Source of the DNA: Callorhinchus milii
Lineage: Eukaryota
NCBI RefSeq assembly: GCF_018977255.1
Contig: NW_024704768.1
Location: forward strand, 4,216,001 to 4,280,000
Reading direction: 5' to 3'
DNA: 64,000 nucleotides
Shown in pieces: positions 24,430 to 37,667 of the stretch. The notes under the pieces are model-generated. The model was not told where the DNA came from and made no database searches. It saw nothing but the letters and a program-made list of their open reading frames with translations. Numbering within the stretch: position 1 is the first letter of the stretch; every line of letters starts with the position of its first letter. Made by a program: the position numbers and the translations under genes.

Positions 24430-25115
24430 AGCAGTCGGTTAGAGCCTTCGCCTCGCGAGCGAGAGGATCGGGGTTCGATTCCCGGGCAAGTCGGGTCGGG
24501 GCGAAACCTTAGGCAAGTTTCCTTACTCCCCCCACCCCCCCCCCACCACCACACACACCCACACACACACACGCCTCTGTTTACCCAGCGATAAGTAGGA
24601 ACCCGGTTGCTCGTCGATTGGCGCATCGCTTTCCTGTGGGTAACAATCCCTTCAAATAAAAATGAATAATAAATAAATAAGTAAATAACGCGGTCACTTC
24701 AACCCACGACTGTCTGTGGGGACGTCGCTGAGCGCAACTGGCTGCCGTGTTTCGCCCACAATCACTGCACTTTATCCCGTGATAATAATAATAATAATAA
24801 TAATCCTTGCATTTGATATAGCGCTTTTCACGTCGGGAGAGGACGTCCCAAAGCGCTTCACAGAACACACTGTAAAGTGAATTGACTGTATATTTGTGGG
24901 CGAACGCAGCAGCCAATTGCGCACAGCAATGTCCCACAAACAGTCGTAGATTGAAAATGACCAATTTATTATTGGTTTGGTTTTGGAGGGATTATTATTA
25001 GGCTCTGTGTGGAGTAAGGAAACTTGCCCGAGGTTTCACCCTCTGCCTGGAATTGAACTCAGGTCTCTCACTCGCAAAGCGAGTGCTCTAACCACTGAGC
25101 CACAGGACTCCACGT
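24430..25115. mobile_element. Tail-to-tail pair of tRNA-derived SINEs (+ 24430-24800, - 24785-25115)
   Basis: Family motifs on opposite strands sharing an (AAT)n junction. Confidence 0.8.
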
Positions 25116-25414
25116 AAGCGCTTTGAGACGTCTCGAAGCCACGATCGAGCGATCGTGTCCAATGCGGGGATTATTATTGTTGTTGATGGGCCAAAAGCGA
25201 CATTCTGGTGCATTTCAGTGGAGCCCGGGAGATAATAATAGCAACAACAACAGTCGTGCATTGAGTGACCGCATTATTATTATTTTTATTTATTACTCTA
25301 CAATATATATACAGTCAATTCACTTTACAGTGTGTTCTGTGAAGCGCTTTGGGACGTCCTCCCGATGTGAAAAGCGCTATATCAAATGCAAGGATTATTA
25401 TTATTATTATTACA

Positions 25415-26140
25415 ATCCCAATTGTGGAATAATAAACATGTGAGGCTGTTTAAAAAAATAATTCAAGTTTAAATCAACATTGAAAACCCGCAAATAAAAC
25501 ACTTTGGCTTTGTTTTCAAAGCACCTCGGGTTTTTTTTGCAACTAAAAGAAGATCCACCGGAACCGACCTCTGTGTTAATCCAATTGTAGGATAATAAAC
25601 ATTCAATTTATTTCAAAATAATGATTTAAAGTCAAGCAAAACGTTTTGGTTCTGAAGCTTTTTTTTCCCCTAAACACGCAATTTCCAAAGAAAAGCCACT
25701 GAATAAATCAGTCCGGATCGACCTCTGTGTCTCACCCATTTGTAGGTCAATAAATATAACAGTTTTTTTTAAAGAAAACAAAATAATAACTTAAGTTTAA
25801 ATAAAACCATTTTGTTTGGGTTTAAAATGCCTTTGGTTTCTTAACGCACAATTTCCAAAACACAAACAGAAACAAATCACTAAATAATAAATTTAAACCT
25901 AAATCTGCTGATCTAATTGCAGGAATCATAAATATATTATATATATATATATTTAAAAGATTTTTAAAAAAATATTGTCATTGAAACCCACAAATAAAAC
26001 GTTTTGTGTTTGTTTTTTTAAAACCAGGATAACATATAATGATTTTTTTCCGAAAATAATTTAAATTGAAACGCCCCCAAAAACGTTGGGTTTTGAGCCC
26101 TCCACACGACGATGTTTTTCTTAGCGCACAGTTTCAAGAG
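25415..26140. repeat. Degenerate AT-rich tandem repeat, ~155-180-bp unit
   Basis: C(C/T)A(A/T)TTG(T/C)(A/G)G..ATAAA recurs at ~25418, 25581, 25736 and 25913, with shared CGACCTCTGTGT and CAATTTCCAAA. Confidence 0.65.
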
Positions 26141-26769
26141 CTTTAAAATACACTTAAACCCTCCTCTCCGCTGCCGCCCCAACCCTATTATTTTTAAAAA
26201 AATTAATATACTTTCTACATTTAAAGTACAATTTTTCTAAAATTATACATTATATATAAATACCCTCAAATATAATAATAAATAGGAGGACAAACAGGAG
26301 GACAACCTATAATATAATAATATATTATTGCTCCCTCCCCTCATCTCATTCCCCATATTTAATTAATTTAATGTATATTATAAACTGCTGTGTGCCATTG
26401 GCTGCCGTGTCTCGTCCACAAACGTACAGTCAATTCACTCCTCGTCTCGGAGACGTGATACGACGCTGTATCAAATGCGAGGATTATTTATTTAGTATAT
26501 TAGTATAATATTATTTATTATTATCATGATCAGACATTATATAACCCTGAGCTTGTGGGTCTAATTGGTAATACGGATAAAAAGAGGTCGACAATTTCTA
26601 AAAAATAACCTTTTTGTTTATTTGCGTGAAAAAAAACTTAAAAACAATATATAATAACATTTGATAATAATAAACATTGCATAGCATAATATTGGGCTAC
26701 TTTTGGGGCTACAAATGTACTCGACTGTATTTTAATTTACAGCACCCACACGATAAAAATAACGTCCAT

Positions 26770-28486
26770 GACACACAGAGACACAGACACAGAGACACAC
26801 ACACACACACAGACACACACACACACACACACACACAGACTCCCACACACAGAGATACACAGATACAAACACAAATACACATACACAGAGAGACACACAC
26901 ACACAGATACAGACACACAGAGACAGAGAGAGGAACACAGANNNNNNNNNNNNNNNNNNNNNNNNNNNNNNNNNNNNNNNNNNNNNNNNNNNNNNNNNNN
27001 NNNNNNNNNNNNNNNNNNNNNNNNNNNNNNNNNNNNNNNNNNNNNNNNNNNNNNNNNNNNNNNNNNNNNNNNNNNNNNNNNNNNNCACAGAGAGAGAGAC
27101 ACATACAGAGCTACAGACACAGAGACAGAGAGAGAGACACACACAGAGCTACAGACACAGAGACAGAGAGACACACACAGAGACACAGAGAGAGGAACAC
27201 AGAGACACAGAGAGAGNNNNNNNNNNNNNNNNNNNNNNNNNNNNNNNNNNNNNNNNNNNNNNNNNNNNNNNNNNNNNNNNNNNNNNNNNNNNNNNNNNNN
27301 NNNNNNNNNNNNNNNNNNNNNNNNNNNNNNNNNNNNNNNNNNNNNNNNNNNNNNNNNNNNNNNNNNNNNNNNNNNNNNNNNNNNNNNNNNNNNNNNNNNN
27401 NNNNNNNNNNNNNNNNNNNNNNNNNNNNNNNNNNNNNNNNNNNNNNNNNNNNNNNNNNNNNNNNNNNNNNNNNNNNNNNNNNNNNNNNNNNNNNNNNNNN
27501 NNNNNNNNNNNNNNNNNNNNNNNNNNNNNNNNNNNNNNNNNNNNNNNNNNNNNNNNNNNNNNNNNNNNNNNNNNNNNNNNNNNNNNNNNNNNNNNNNNNN
27601 NNNNNNNNNNNNNNNNNNNNNNNNNNNNNNNNNNNNNNNNNNNNNNNNNNNNNNNNNNNNNNNNNNNNNNNNNNNNNNNNNNNNNNNNNNNNNNNNNNNN
27701 NNNNNNNNNNNNNNNNNNNNNNNNNNNNNNNNNNNNNNNNNNNNNNNNNNNNNNNNNNNNNNNNNNNNNNNNNNNNNNNNNNNNNNNNNNNNNNNNNNNN
27801 NNNNNNNNNNNNNNNNNNNNNNNNNNNNNNNNNNNNNNNNNNNNNNNNNNNNNNNNNNNNNNNNNNNNNNNNNNNNNNNNNNNNNNNNNNNNNNNNNNNN
27901 NNNNNACAGACAGAGAGAGAGACACACACAGAGCTACAGAGAGACACGGAGAGAGAGAGACAGAGAGAGGAACACAGAGNNNNNNNNNNNNNNNNNNNNN
28001 NNNNNNNNNNNNNNNNNNNNNNNNNNNNNNNNNNNNNNNNNNNNNNNNNNNNNNNNNNNNNNNNNNNNNNNNNNNNNNNNNNNNNNNNNNNNNNNNNNNN
28101 NNNNNNNNNNNNNACAGAGCTTCAGAGAGAGAGACAGAGAGAGAGAGAGAGACAGAGAGAGGAACACAGAGACACACAGAGACAGAGAGAGACACACACA
28201 GAGCTACNNNNNNNNNNNNNNNNNNNNNNNNNNNNNNNNNNNNNNNNNNNNNNNNNNNNNNNNNNNNNNNNNNNNNNNNNNNNNNNNNNNNNNNNNNNNN
28301 NNNNNNNNNNNNNNNNNNNNNNNNNNNNNNNNNNNNNNNNNNNNNNNNNNNNNNNNNNNNNNNNNNNNNNNNNNNNNNNNNNNNNNNNNNNNNNNNNNNN
28401 NNNNNNNNNNNNNNNNNACTGCCTCCCTTTTGCTGCTGCCATACACTCTGATAAATTACTNNNNNNNNNNNNNNNNNNNNNNNNNT
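26770..28486. repeat. Compound (CA/GA)n low-complexity tract interrupted by assembly gaps
   Basis: ACACAGAG-type repeats and five N runs. Confidence 0.9.
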
Positions 28487-30744
28487 AAAATTGGGAGTGT
28501 TGTGTAACAGGCAATAAAATGTGTGTCAGAAGTTAATCCACTTTATCCTGTACCCTGTTCAGGAAATATTTGTCTTGCACACAGTCTTTTTTCAAAAGCC
28601 TCCATCTTTTCCTGTTAAAACTTGCTGCGTTGTCTCTATCTTTAAATTGCTTTCCCAAAACCCGAAGGCTGTGACGGCTGAAAACATTCATTTTTTTTCC
28701 CTTAACCCTACAATCTATTCAAACCTAAATTGGGAGTCACCTGCAGTATTTCTGTGTCAACTGCTCTTAACTTTCCTTGCATTCCCATGAAATGAAAACA
28801 ATTGAGAGCAATCGGTGTACAGTAATAAAACAGCAATAATGTCAGTAGGATCCGTATGGTTCGCATTTAAACTTCAGCGTGTATACCTGATCTCAATGTA
28901 AATTGCTTATCTAGGATTTGATTTTGATTGAAAAGCCCTGGGGCATTATTATTTCATACCCTCCTGGTGTGGTCATCTACTCCGTTCTCTCGCAGGATAT
29001 GAATTGCTTTCATGGCTTCCTGTTTGTCTTGTTTACCCGTGTGTGTGTGTGGGGGGGGAGAAAAAAAATGTGACGTCATATTGCAGGAAAGTGAAAGCAA
29101 ACTGCATACCCTGGCCACAAGATGGAGACTTGAGCATGTTAGAACGTATTTTTTTAAAAAAAGGTGCATTTAAAAACACCCACGGGGGTAACGCTAATCA
29201 CCCTTGCGTTTGATACAGCACCTCATCACGTCTTCGAGACGTCTCGAGGCGCTTCAAAGGACCTACTCTAAACTGAATTGACTGCATGTTGGGTGGGCGA
29301 AAGGCGGCGGCCAATTTGCGCAGGGCAGCGTAGTCGCCGTCCGGGGGTGGGGGGGGGGAAGAGTCTCATTCCGCGTGTATTCCCAGTCGCCCATTTACGT
29401 TCTGGCCCCGTTTCCCGAGTGGGGCAAATGATGGCAATTCAAAAAAAAAAAAAGATTTGCGGTTTATGCAGCAAATTGTAGATTCCTCCAAATTCTCTTT
29501 ACTCTTTCATAATGACCTGAACAGCCTTAACTCTTCCACAGAATCGGAGATATTTGCATTGGTTTCTGAATGAAGCCTCGTTCCCCCACTAAATGGCAGT
29601 TGTTTTCAAATCTTGAGCATCGTTAGCTTGTGCGCAACTCTCGAATGAACAGATCGCAATTGGAGTTTATTTTCCTCTAGACAGGGGCAATAGTTGTGTG
29701 GTACCAGTTACTGTCATGGTGACAAATCTTTTTTGGTCGTTTGTAGCGATGACTATCTTTGTTAGGAACATAGGAACAGGAGGCCATTCAGCCCCTCGAG
29801 CCTGTTCTGCCATTCTATTAGACCATGTACCCCAACTCCAGGCACCCGCCTTTGCCCCAAAGCCCTTGATTCCCTGACCTGACAAACATTACCCACCTCA
29901 AATTGAAAATGTGAATGGATCCAGCCATAAGCCACAGCCTTTTGGTGGAGGGAGAGAGTTCCAGGTGGTTGAAAGGGACTCTTGCATTTAGGGACATTGC
30001 TTAGCGTTAATTCTGCCTTGGAATAATCTGCCCTATAAGACAGACTAGAATAAGTTTCTAAATCATATTGGTTTTCAGCAGGATTGACTGAACCTGGATG
30101 CAATGCAGCAATTTCTTTCCTCCAGATGATTCTTGAATATAAGTACAGTTTGTCAGGAATCTGGGTCAGGAATCTAACCTATAATATGAAGGTTTTTCTT
30201 GACACCAAAAAAAAAAATCAGCTCTGTTCTGGAATTCTTGAAAGAACCGACGAGCTTGAAAGGGAAAGATGGAACTCTGTTGATTCTGGATCACCAGCAT
30301 TAAATACAAGGTTATTGAAACTTGCTCGGTCCGTTCACATTAAAACGGTCCCAGAGGATGATTAACAAATGGAATCAGTAAGGGTGGTTGAGACCAGGGT
30401 GTTGGACCCATTCAGTGAATAGTTTGAGGCTGTGAGGGGAGGCAGTAGGGTGGCTATTTTGGAAAGATGAGATCAAATAGGCTAAAGGGCCCTCTTCATC
30501 CAAAGATCTTTGATGATCTTGTGAGTAACAATCAGTTGGTTGCAGTGCTGGAGGGCAACAGGACCCGATGCAACCATAAATAAAAATAAATGGGATGCAT
30601 TCATGAGGAGAAAAATTGGGAAGCGAAAACAATGTGTTGGGATGGGCAGGGCCTGAGAGATCAGCATCAATGTAATGATTGTTTTATTCTTATAAATACA
30701 GAATATCTTCACACAGCATTTGTGTTTTTCTTTGTTTGTTGCAG

Positions 30745-30866
30745 GTCCATATTCTCAACAGCCATGTTATCCCACGCAGCAGGCAACTGTGGCTCCACCA
30801 CACTACCCAACAGTCCAGGTCCCTCAGCCCCCCGCATACGCAGAAGCCCCTCCGTCCTATGCAGAG
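30745..30866 (+). CDS. DAZAP2: DAZAP2 exon 2
   Basis: Strong polypyrimidine CAG| acceptor, GAG|GTGAAT donor; 122 nt, starts phase 1. Confidence 0.92.
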
Positions 30867-33472
30867 GTGAATGAACTAATTTAACCGTACACTTGTACAC
30901 TGCTCCAGAGGTAACGTGTTCCATCTTAGCTTCTACCAGACATTCCTTTGCATAAGTTATGTGCTGACCCTCGCCAATAGTAAGCCATAAAATGCCACGT
31001 GCCTGAGAAACTTGGATATTTTCATCCCAGCTGTGGTCTAACAAGCTCATCAAAAACTCGGGCTTTTGTAGGTTGTGGATCCGAGATTCTGCCGTGCTCT
31101 CGTGTCAGATCTGGAATCGTAATGTTTCTTGAATAGGTCGGAATCCCTTGTCGCTGTAAGAACATAAGAATTCTCTAGGCAAAAGAAGACCGAGGTCCAT
31201 CCAGTTCACCTTCCACCAACCATCCTGGAAATCGCTTGACATGACGTGTCCCCAAACTATCTACTTGATCGCCAGATATTATTTCCTACCAGAAATCTTC
31301 TAATCTGTTCTTGGGCGGGGGAAAAAAATGGTCTGCCTTTTTTGAGGGAAAAAAACACACTTTCTGACTGATTGGGCTTTAAACGAAACGCTGATTTTTT
31401 TTAATATAGGTTTAATTATCCCAATTTTCTCTTTTCACATCAGCATCTAATTCAGTATTGCATTCTGTCCAATGTAATACTGTATGTGGTTGAGCTTAAC
31501 ACCATTTTTGAAGGCTTGCGATTTTTTTTTTTGCTTGCGTGTGATGGTAGAAATAATAAATGTACAATGTGTATTAATTGGCTCTAATCCTAGAACTGTT
31601 CACTCTATTGCCCCAGCAATTACAGCATTTATCGTTAAACGTTAGCACGCTTACTATTTTGTCTCATTTTGTTAGGCGCTTGATGCTTTGAAAATGAAAT
31701 AATTCTCCTCTTTTTAGGGTATCAATTTATCAATTTTCACATCCGTTGGCTCCCAAGGAGGAGAGGTGCTATTGCCAAATCCTTTTGAGAATAGACACCT
31801 CGTTCGCCTACAGGAACTGAAATTAAAATTGATTCTAGAAATTGCATTATTGCTATATGGCATCGTTAGTGTCATTCATTCGGTTGCTCAAAATAAATGA
31901 CTTTTGACCCTTCCGCCTGTCGTGACTGAACATGGGTGGCTGTCAGCAGTGGCTCTTTTTTAAAATTATTGTAGTATCACATGAGATTCAAAAGGGATTT
32001 GGATAGATATTTGAACAGAAAAAAAAATGCAAGCCTATGGGGTAAGAGCGGGGGAGTGCGACTGATTGGGTAGCTCTTTCAAAGAGATGGCTCAGGCACG
32101 ATGGGCCGAATGGCCCTCCTTCTGTGCTGTAATACTCTATGAGATTACAATACCACTTAATGATAAGAGACCAGGTCATGGAAAGCTGACATGGAACTGA
32201 AGATCATTGAAAGTGATTGATTGGATTGCAATTTACTTTAGAAAATTGCTCCAGATAATAAGTGGATTTACTGACAATGTTAGAACCCTGAAGTAAAATG
32301 ACAGCCTTGCATGGTTATGATCTGTACTGGCAATAATTCATAGATTTATAGAGAGCTCAGAAACGGAATTAATTTGCTGTCCTGAAGCAGATTGCAAAAA
32401 AAAAACACGCAATTCTGATATGTCATTATTGGATCGAGTATATCTATTTTATATATATCAGCCAAATGGCCTGTTTCAGAGCTGTAGATTCATTCTATGT
32501 AACCGTGTTCATGTCCGTTCTATGATGCACAGAAGGTTTCCTGAGAAAACTAAATTGGTTTTGTTTGCGTTTCCAGCTGTACGATCCAAGATATGTGCAC
32601 GCTCCAGCTAATGTTGGTGCTGGCTTTCCAGGTGGTATGTATGTCCCGGTAACTGCTCAGATGCCCATGGGGCCAGTTGGTGCTGGGATGCCCATGACCT
32701 ACTATGCGGTGCCACAATTATTCCCTCAATCCTCAACCGTCCTCATGGAGCGAGGGTTCGATCCAGGTGCCAGGTTTGGAGCGGGAGCCTCCGCTAGCAT
32801 TCCGGTAAGTGTTCCCAGCGGCGCTCCTGCGTCCTGCCGTGCGGCTTCTTCCCTCCCGTACCCAGTCTCCGGAGCTTGCCAGACGGCGCTCTCAATGGCA
32901 AGCTGTTCGGTTCTAGCTTGTCTAGACTCCCCAGCAGTTACCCCCAACGCGCACTCCCGACTCGGCTCAGGGAGTACTTGAAGAGTGGGCAAGATTACCA
33001 GAGACGTGCTGGTCTTCAAACAAACATTTACCTGTACGATTTGGGGTCGACTTGGAATATTGCGGTCGAGCCCGCTCGCAGTATTCCAGGGCATTCGCTG
33101 TTGGCGACAGCACAGCCCGGCCTGGCTCATCCATCGGCAGGACCCGGAAGGGCCAACCAGTCACTGAACGTCGGGGAGACATCTCACTCACAGACTCCTG
33201 TTAGCCCCCAAGCCAAAAGCCCTGGCGGGTAGCATGGCTCCAGCTGGCCAAGTCGGCGGGAAAGCTTGACCAGAGAAACATACCGTGGCGCGCAGTCTTA
33301 ATCTGTTGTTTTTTCCCCCTCTTTGTCTTGTGTTCTGCTCCAGCCTCCTCCGCCCGGCTGTCCTCCGAACGCAGCCCAGATTGCGGCCATGCAAGGTGCC
33401 AACGTCGTGGTGACGCAGAGAAAAGGCACCTGGTTCCTAGGCGGTTCGGACGGCGGCTACTCGGTCTGGTAG
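30745..33472 (+). CDS. DAZAP2: DAZ-associated protein 2, join(30745-30866, 32577-32804, 33344-33472); first coding exon not visible
   Basis: PYSQQPCYP...AYAEAPPSYAE / LYDPRYVH...GFDPGARFGAGASASIP / PPPPGCPPNAAQIAAMQGANVVVTQRKGTWFLGGSDGGYSVW-stop, diagnostic DAZAP2 C-terminus. Confidence 0.95.
32577..32804 (+). CDS. DAZAP2: DAZAP2 exon 3
   Basis: 228 nt, CCG|GTAAGT donor. Confidence 0.95.
33344..33472 (+). CDS. DAZAP2: DAZAP2 last coding exon
   Basis: PPPPGCPPNAAQ...GGYSVW-TAG. Confidence 0.95.
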   Translation, partial: PPPPGCPPNAAQIAAMQGANVVVTQRKGTWFLGGSDGGYSVW

Positions 33473-34335
33473 TCGGCAGGAGGGGGGAGGGGAGCTGCGG
33501 TGATCTTCGGAATGTACTACCTTAGAAACATTTAACCTTGCTGACAGTTTAGCAAATAATGGGGTGCATCCTTCTTGGTGACAAAGCCTCTTGGCACCTT
33601 TAAGCTTTTTTCTTCCAGAATTGAGTTTGATTTAGTGTACCTCCTCCCTTCCCCCTCCCCCACCACCCGCCCGACCCCACCACCCCCACCCCCCCCACCC
33701 CCCCCATAGCGTAAACGCTCATAAGAAAACTTAAGCCGAGTGAATTGAGAAAAATGTTTTTGTGCCTTTCAACTTCTCAGTTTTATTTTTTAACATTTTT
33801 AAAAAACTTAAAACTAAAGAATTAATCTGTTGCACTTGTTAATTAATTATCGTAAGGTGGCGGGGGTTAGAAATGGACCTTAACTGACCGAACAGCACTT
33901 CATGATCACACTAGGATTTGCTATGTTTGTTTCGATCGCTTTTGAGGACTGGGAAATGGTCATTTTCAGCACTTAAAAACTGTGGACATCTATCAATGTG
34001 TTAACCTCTGCACACATTATTCTGTTGTTTATGACCGATGTTAAATGCTCAAGAGCGAGGGGGTGGGGTGAGGGTGTGGATGGGGGAAAAGTAAACACAA
34101 AAGCCATAGAATGCTTGTTGTTCATATTCTATTCCTCGATTAAAAATGGCAACTTTTTTTGTTTTTCTCATTGTGAAGTGCGGAAATTCCACTCCTGAAA
34201 GGGTCAATTATCAGCGGTTTGGACCCGAGTAAAGTCGCTTCCCACCCACCGCCAATGACAGTTTTATAAGAGGCACAATAATAAGACAGGACTTTTACAG
34301 TCTGGGTGACTGACAGACAGACAGATGACCGTGGA

Positions 34336-34341
34336 AATAAA
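34336..34341 (+). terminator. DAZAP2 proximal polyA signal (distal AATAAA candidates at 35964 and 36060)
   Basis: AATAAA after AU-rich 3'UTR. Confidence 0.55.
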
Positions 34342-37300
34342 TGTTCTAACGGATTGATTTCACACTATTTTCCGATTAAAAATTCTAATCCCAATCAAGA
34401 ACTGTTTTAATTTCAGTTTGCGTGGCACTAAATCGATCTCACGTTGGAAGGTGCAGTGCAGTGCATCATCCGGCGAGCACCTCACGTGTCTAGTTCAGCG
34501 CCTCAAATGGGTACGTTCCCACCCGAATCACTGTAGGATGAACGTGACCTTCGGCTTGCGTCTCGGTTCCGGTTACAATTGGCCGAACTGGATGGGGTGG
34601 GCAAGGTTTTTTCTTTTGTGCTTGTAACACGAGGGCAGCAGTGTGTCGGGCAAAGGCTTCCAGGCGTCTAGAATGACTGAAAAGCGTTTTTGCCGTCACA
34701 GAATCAAAACTGGAGTACCATTTAACGTTGAGCGGACAACCCGTAGTTGGGAACGAGACACCCTCAACAGTGACCTTAACTCAATTAAACCCAAAACGGA
34801 GCCTTTTATCATGTTGGAATGCCATCACGACCTTTTCTTCAGTTCGGGCCTGACTCGAATGCCGGGCGTCTTCCCGCTCTTCCTTTTATTCTTCAGGCAA
34901 ACTCTCCTTTCAATAGCTTCCCCCGCCGCGCTCAACAACAGCAACGGGGAAAAAAAAATAAAGTTGGAAAGCCGAGGAGGGTGCAACCTCGCGCTCGTAA
35001 TCCGGCTGATTCTAATCGTCACCACAATTGGGGGGGGGGCGGGGGGGGGAGAAATCCATCCCGTCTTATTCCCAGGAAGCAGCAAAGACAAAATGTGGCC
35101 GGGGTGGACTGTTGGCGCCCACGATTTGAATTCTGAAACTTTTTAAAACCATGCCCCAACTTTTTAACGCATCACCACAGCTTGGTCATAGTGCCCTTCA
35201 CCAGGGCTGGTGGCTCGGAGCCCCTATATCTTTGGATGTTTGGCTTTTAATGGTCTTTGATGGGAGGAGAAGCCATTTTTTTAGTCCATTTACGATGATG
35301 CCCACAGTTTTTTTGGTTAGGGTTTCGGTGTTGTTTATCGGCAGCTGACCTCCGTATTAATTGGCATCTTGTTCCACAAATTAATTCAGTTTTGTTTTAT
35401 GGGTGTTTTTCTTTCAAACAAATGACTCTTTTATTCTTTTACATAGGCTGCCTTTTAAGTCCGCCGAACCGAGTGTTTAAAACGTGTGTTTTTTTTTGTG
35501 TGGTGGTTGTACTGTTTTGACTCTTTCCCCAATTAAATTAAATGCAAGTGTGTGCGCGCGCGTGTGCGCGCGCGTGTGTGTGTGTGGGGGCAAATTAGCA
35601 ACACAATACCATTTTGTAATGGAGCGTTTAAACTCACTGAACGTTTCCGAATGGTGATCAGAAAATGCCCTGCAGTCGAGAGCGTAAAAATTAGCGAGGC
35701 GAAAGGAGACCAAGGTCCCACCTACAGTTAGTTGCAGTGTTTTTCAGAACGACGCGAAATTGCTTTGCAATGCACTGTATCCTCGTAGAAGAGGGGACGG
35801 CAAAGGAAGTTGCCTAATTGATCAACCGGAAAGAGATTGTTCTTTGGGAGGAAAAAGTGGATAAGTGAAGTAGTCCCTATTGCAATATAACTCGGCAATG
35901 AATGCAACATCGCAGCCCATGTAGGAGAAACGAAAGGTTCATTTGTTTTTTAAAAAAAAAAAGAATAAACTGAAGTAAATGAAGTTGTAAGGCTTGAACG
36001 TTAGTTCAGGGATCTTTAATATGGTTCTGTTCCTAATTCTTGTTTCGGTGTTTTTTTTAAATAAAAATACCCTTTGAAATAGTCCTGTTTCTGCACTTGA
36101 TTCGCCCGACCTCGGTTTCCGTGGCTGGTGCGGAATGTTTGTTGGTGTCCGTCGCGGTCTGTCACAGTCTCCAAGCGCTGCACAGGATATTATAATAACA
36201 ATCCTTGCATTTGATATAGCGCTTTTCACGTCGGGAGAGGACGTCCCAAAGCGCTTCACAGAACACACTGTAAAGTGAATCGACTGTATATTTGTGGGCG
36301 AACGCGGCAGCCAATTGCGCACAGCAATGTCCCACAAACGGTCATGAACTGAGTCACCAAATTATTATTACAACTCAATATTAAAAGCACAGAGACCTCT
36401 GGGTCTGTACAAGGCTTGTTCCGCTACACCCAGATGAATGTCTCCGGGTCTCAGACTCGCATCTGATCCCAATACTTGATATCCGTGAGATTTGCAAATA
36501 ACTCCTCAAACCACTTAGAACATAACAACTGCCGAGACGCAAGAAGCCCCAGGGTCCATCCCGCTCACCCTCTACCCTCCTGGCAGTCGCTTGCACGGGT
36601 CACGTCCCACGTTAAGCGCTTTGGGTTGGTTTTCGACCCCGAAACTTTTTGATGAGTTTATTTGGCATTTTTAAGAGATAGTTTGTCGGGATGGAATGCG
36701 CTCTCTCTCTCTCTCTCTCTCTTCCCCCTCCCTCCCTCCCTGGAGGACTAACAATAAATTAACAGTAAGTCGTCGATCAAGTTTACTCACCGGAAAGTTG
36801 AGTGGATTTATTGAGAGAGAATTCCGTCAGCATTTTGTTTCAAAAAATAATAGCTTAATGACACCAACGTACAACTCGCCCACAACAGATAAAAGACCTC
36901 ACAACGCAAAGTAAAAACCCTTAAATACATTAAATACATTCGTGACCGATGCATATCATGAAGCTCACTGTTAAAAAAAAAGCATTCCCCAGTGTTTGTA
37001 TAACAAAATAATAAGTATCTTTACAGCGCCTTTCACCTCGGGAGGACATCCCAAAGCGCTTCACAGGGTTGACTGTAAATTGCAGTGACTGTGTTTTGTG
37101 AGCAAACGCAACAGCGCACAGCAAAACGTGGAATAATAACAATAATACATTTAGATATATATATATATATATTGATAGAGGGCCTTATTATGCCATTGAG
37201 ACGTCTCAAAGCGCTTCATGGGATATAAAATGTGAAGTGACTGTGTATTTTGCGGCAGGCAGTCAACCGCGGACAGTAATATGCCACAAGGAGAGCTGTG

Positions 37301-37667
37301 GAGCAAATGACCATTTCTTTTTATTTGTTTGTAGGGATTATCGGCCGGGACACCGGGAGAGAGGAACTTGCTTTCTCTTTTCCAACAGCGCCACAGGATC
37401 TTTGACGTCCAACTGAAACAGGCAGGACCTTGGTTTTAACGTCTCATCCAAAGGGACAGACTAATATATTTCACTGACTATCGGAAAGCTCGCTGCTAAT
37501 AATTTAACGTCTTGGCATCCGTTACAGCCGCCGTAACATCAAAGCAATTCACGCGCAAATTCTGTCGCGCTGTGTGTTTGTTGGCAAAGGAAGGTTCCTA
37601 CGAACGGCCAAGAACGATCAATTTATTCGGAGAGACCCCTCTTTTTCAGTAGCGTCGCGGGAGAATA

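Noticed and set aside
26677-28514. Long ORFs of 130-603 aa
   Set aside because: Artefacts of N runs and CA/GA repeats
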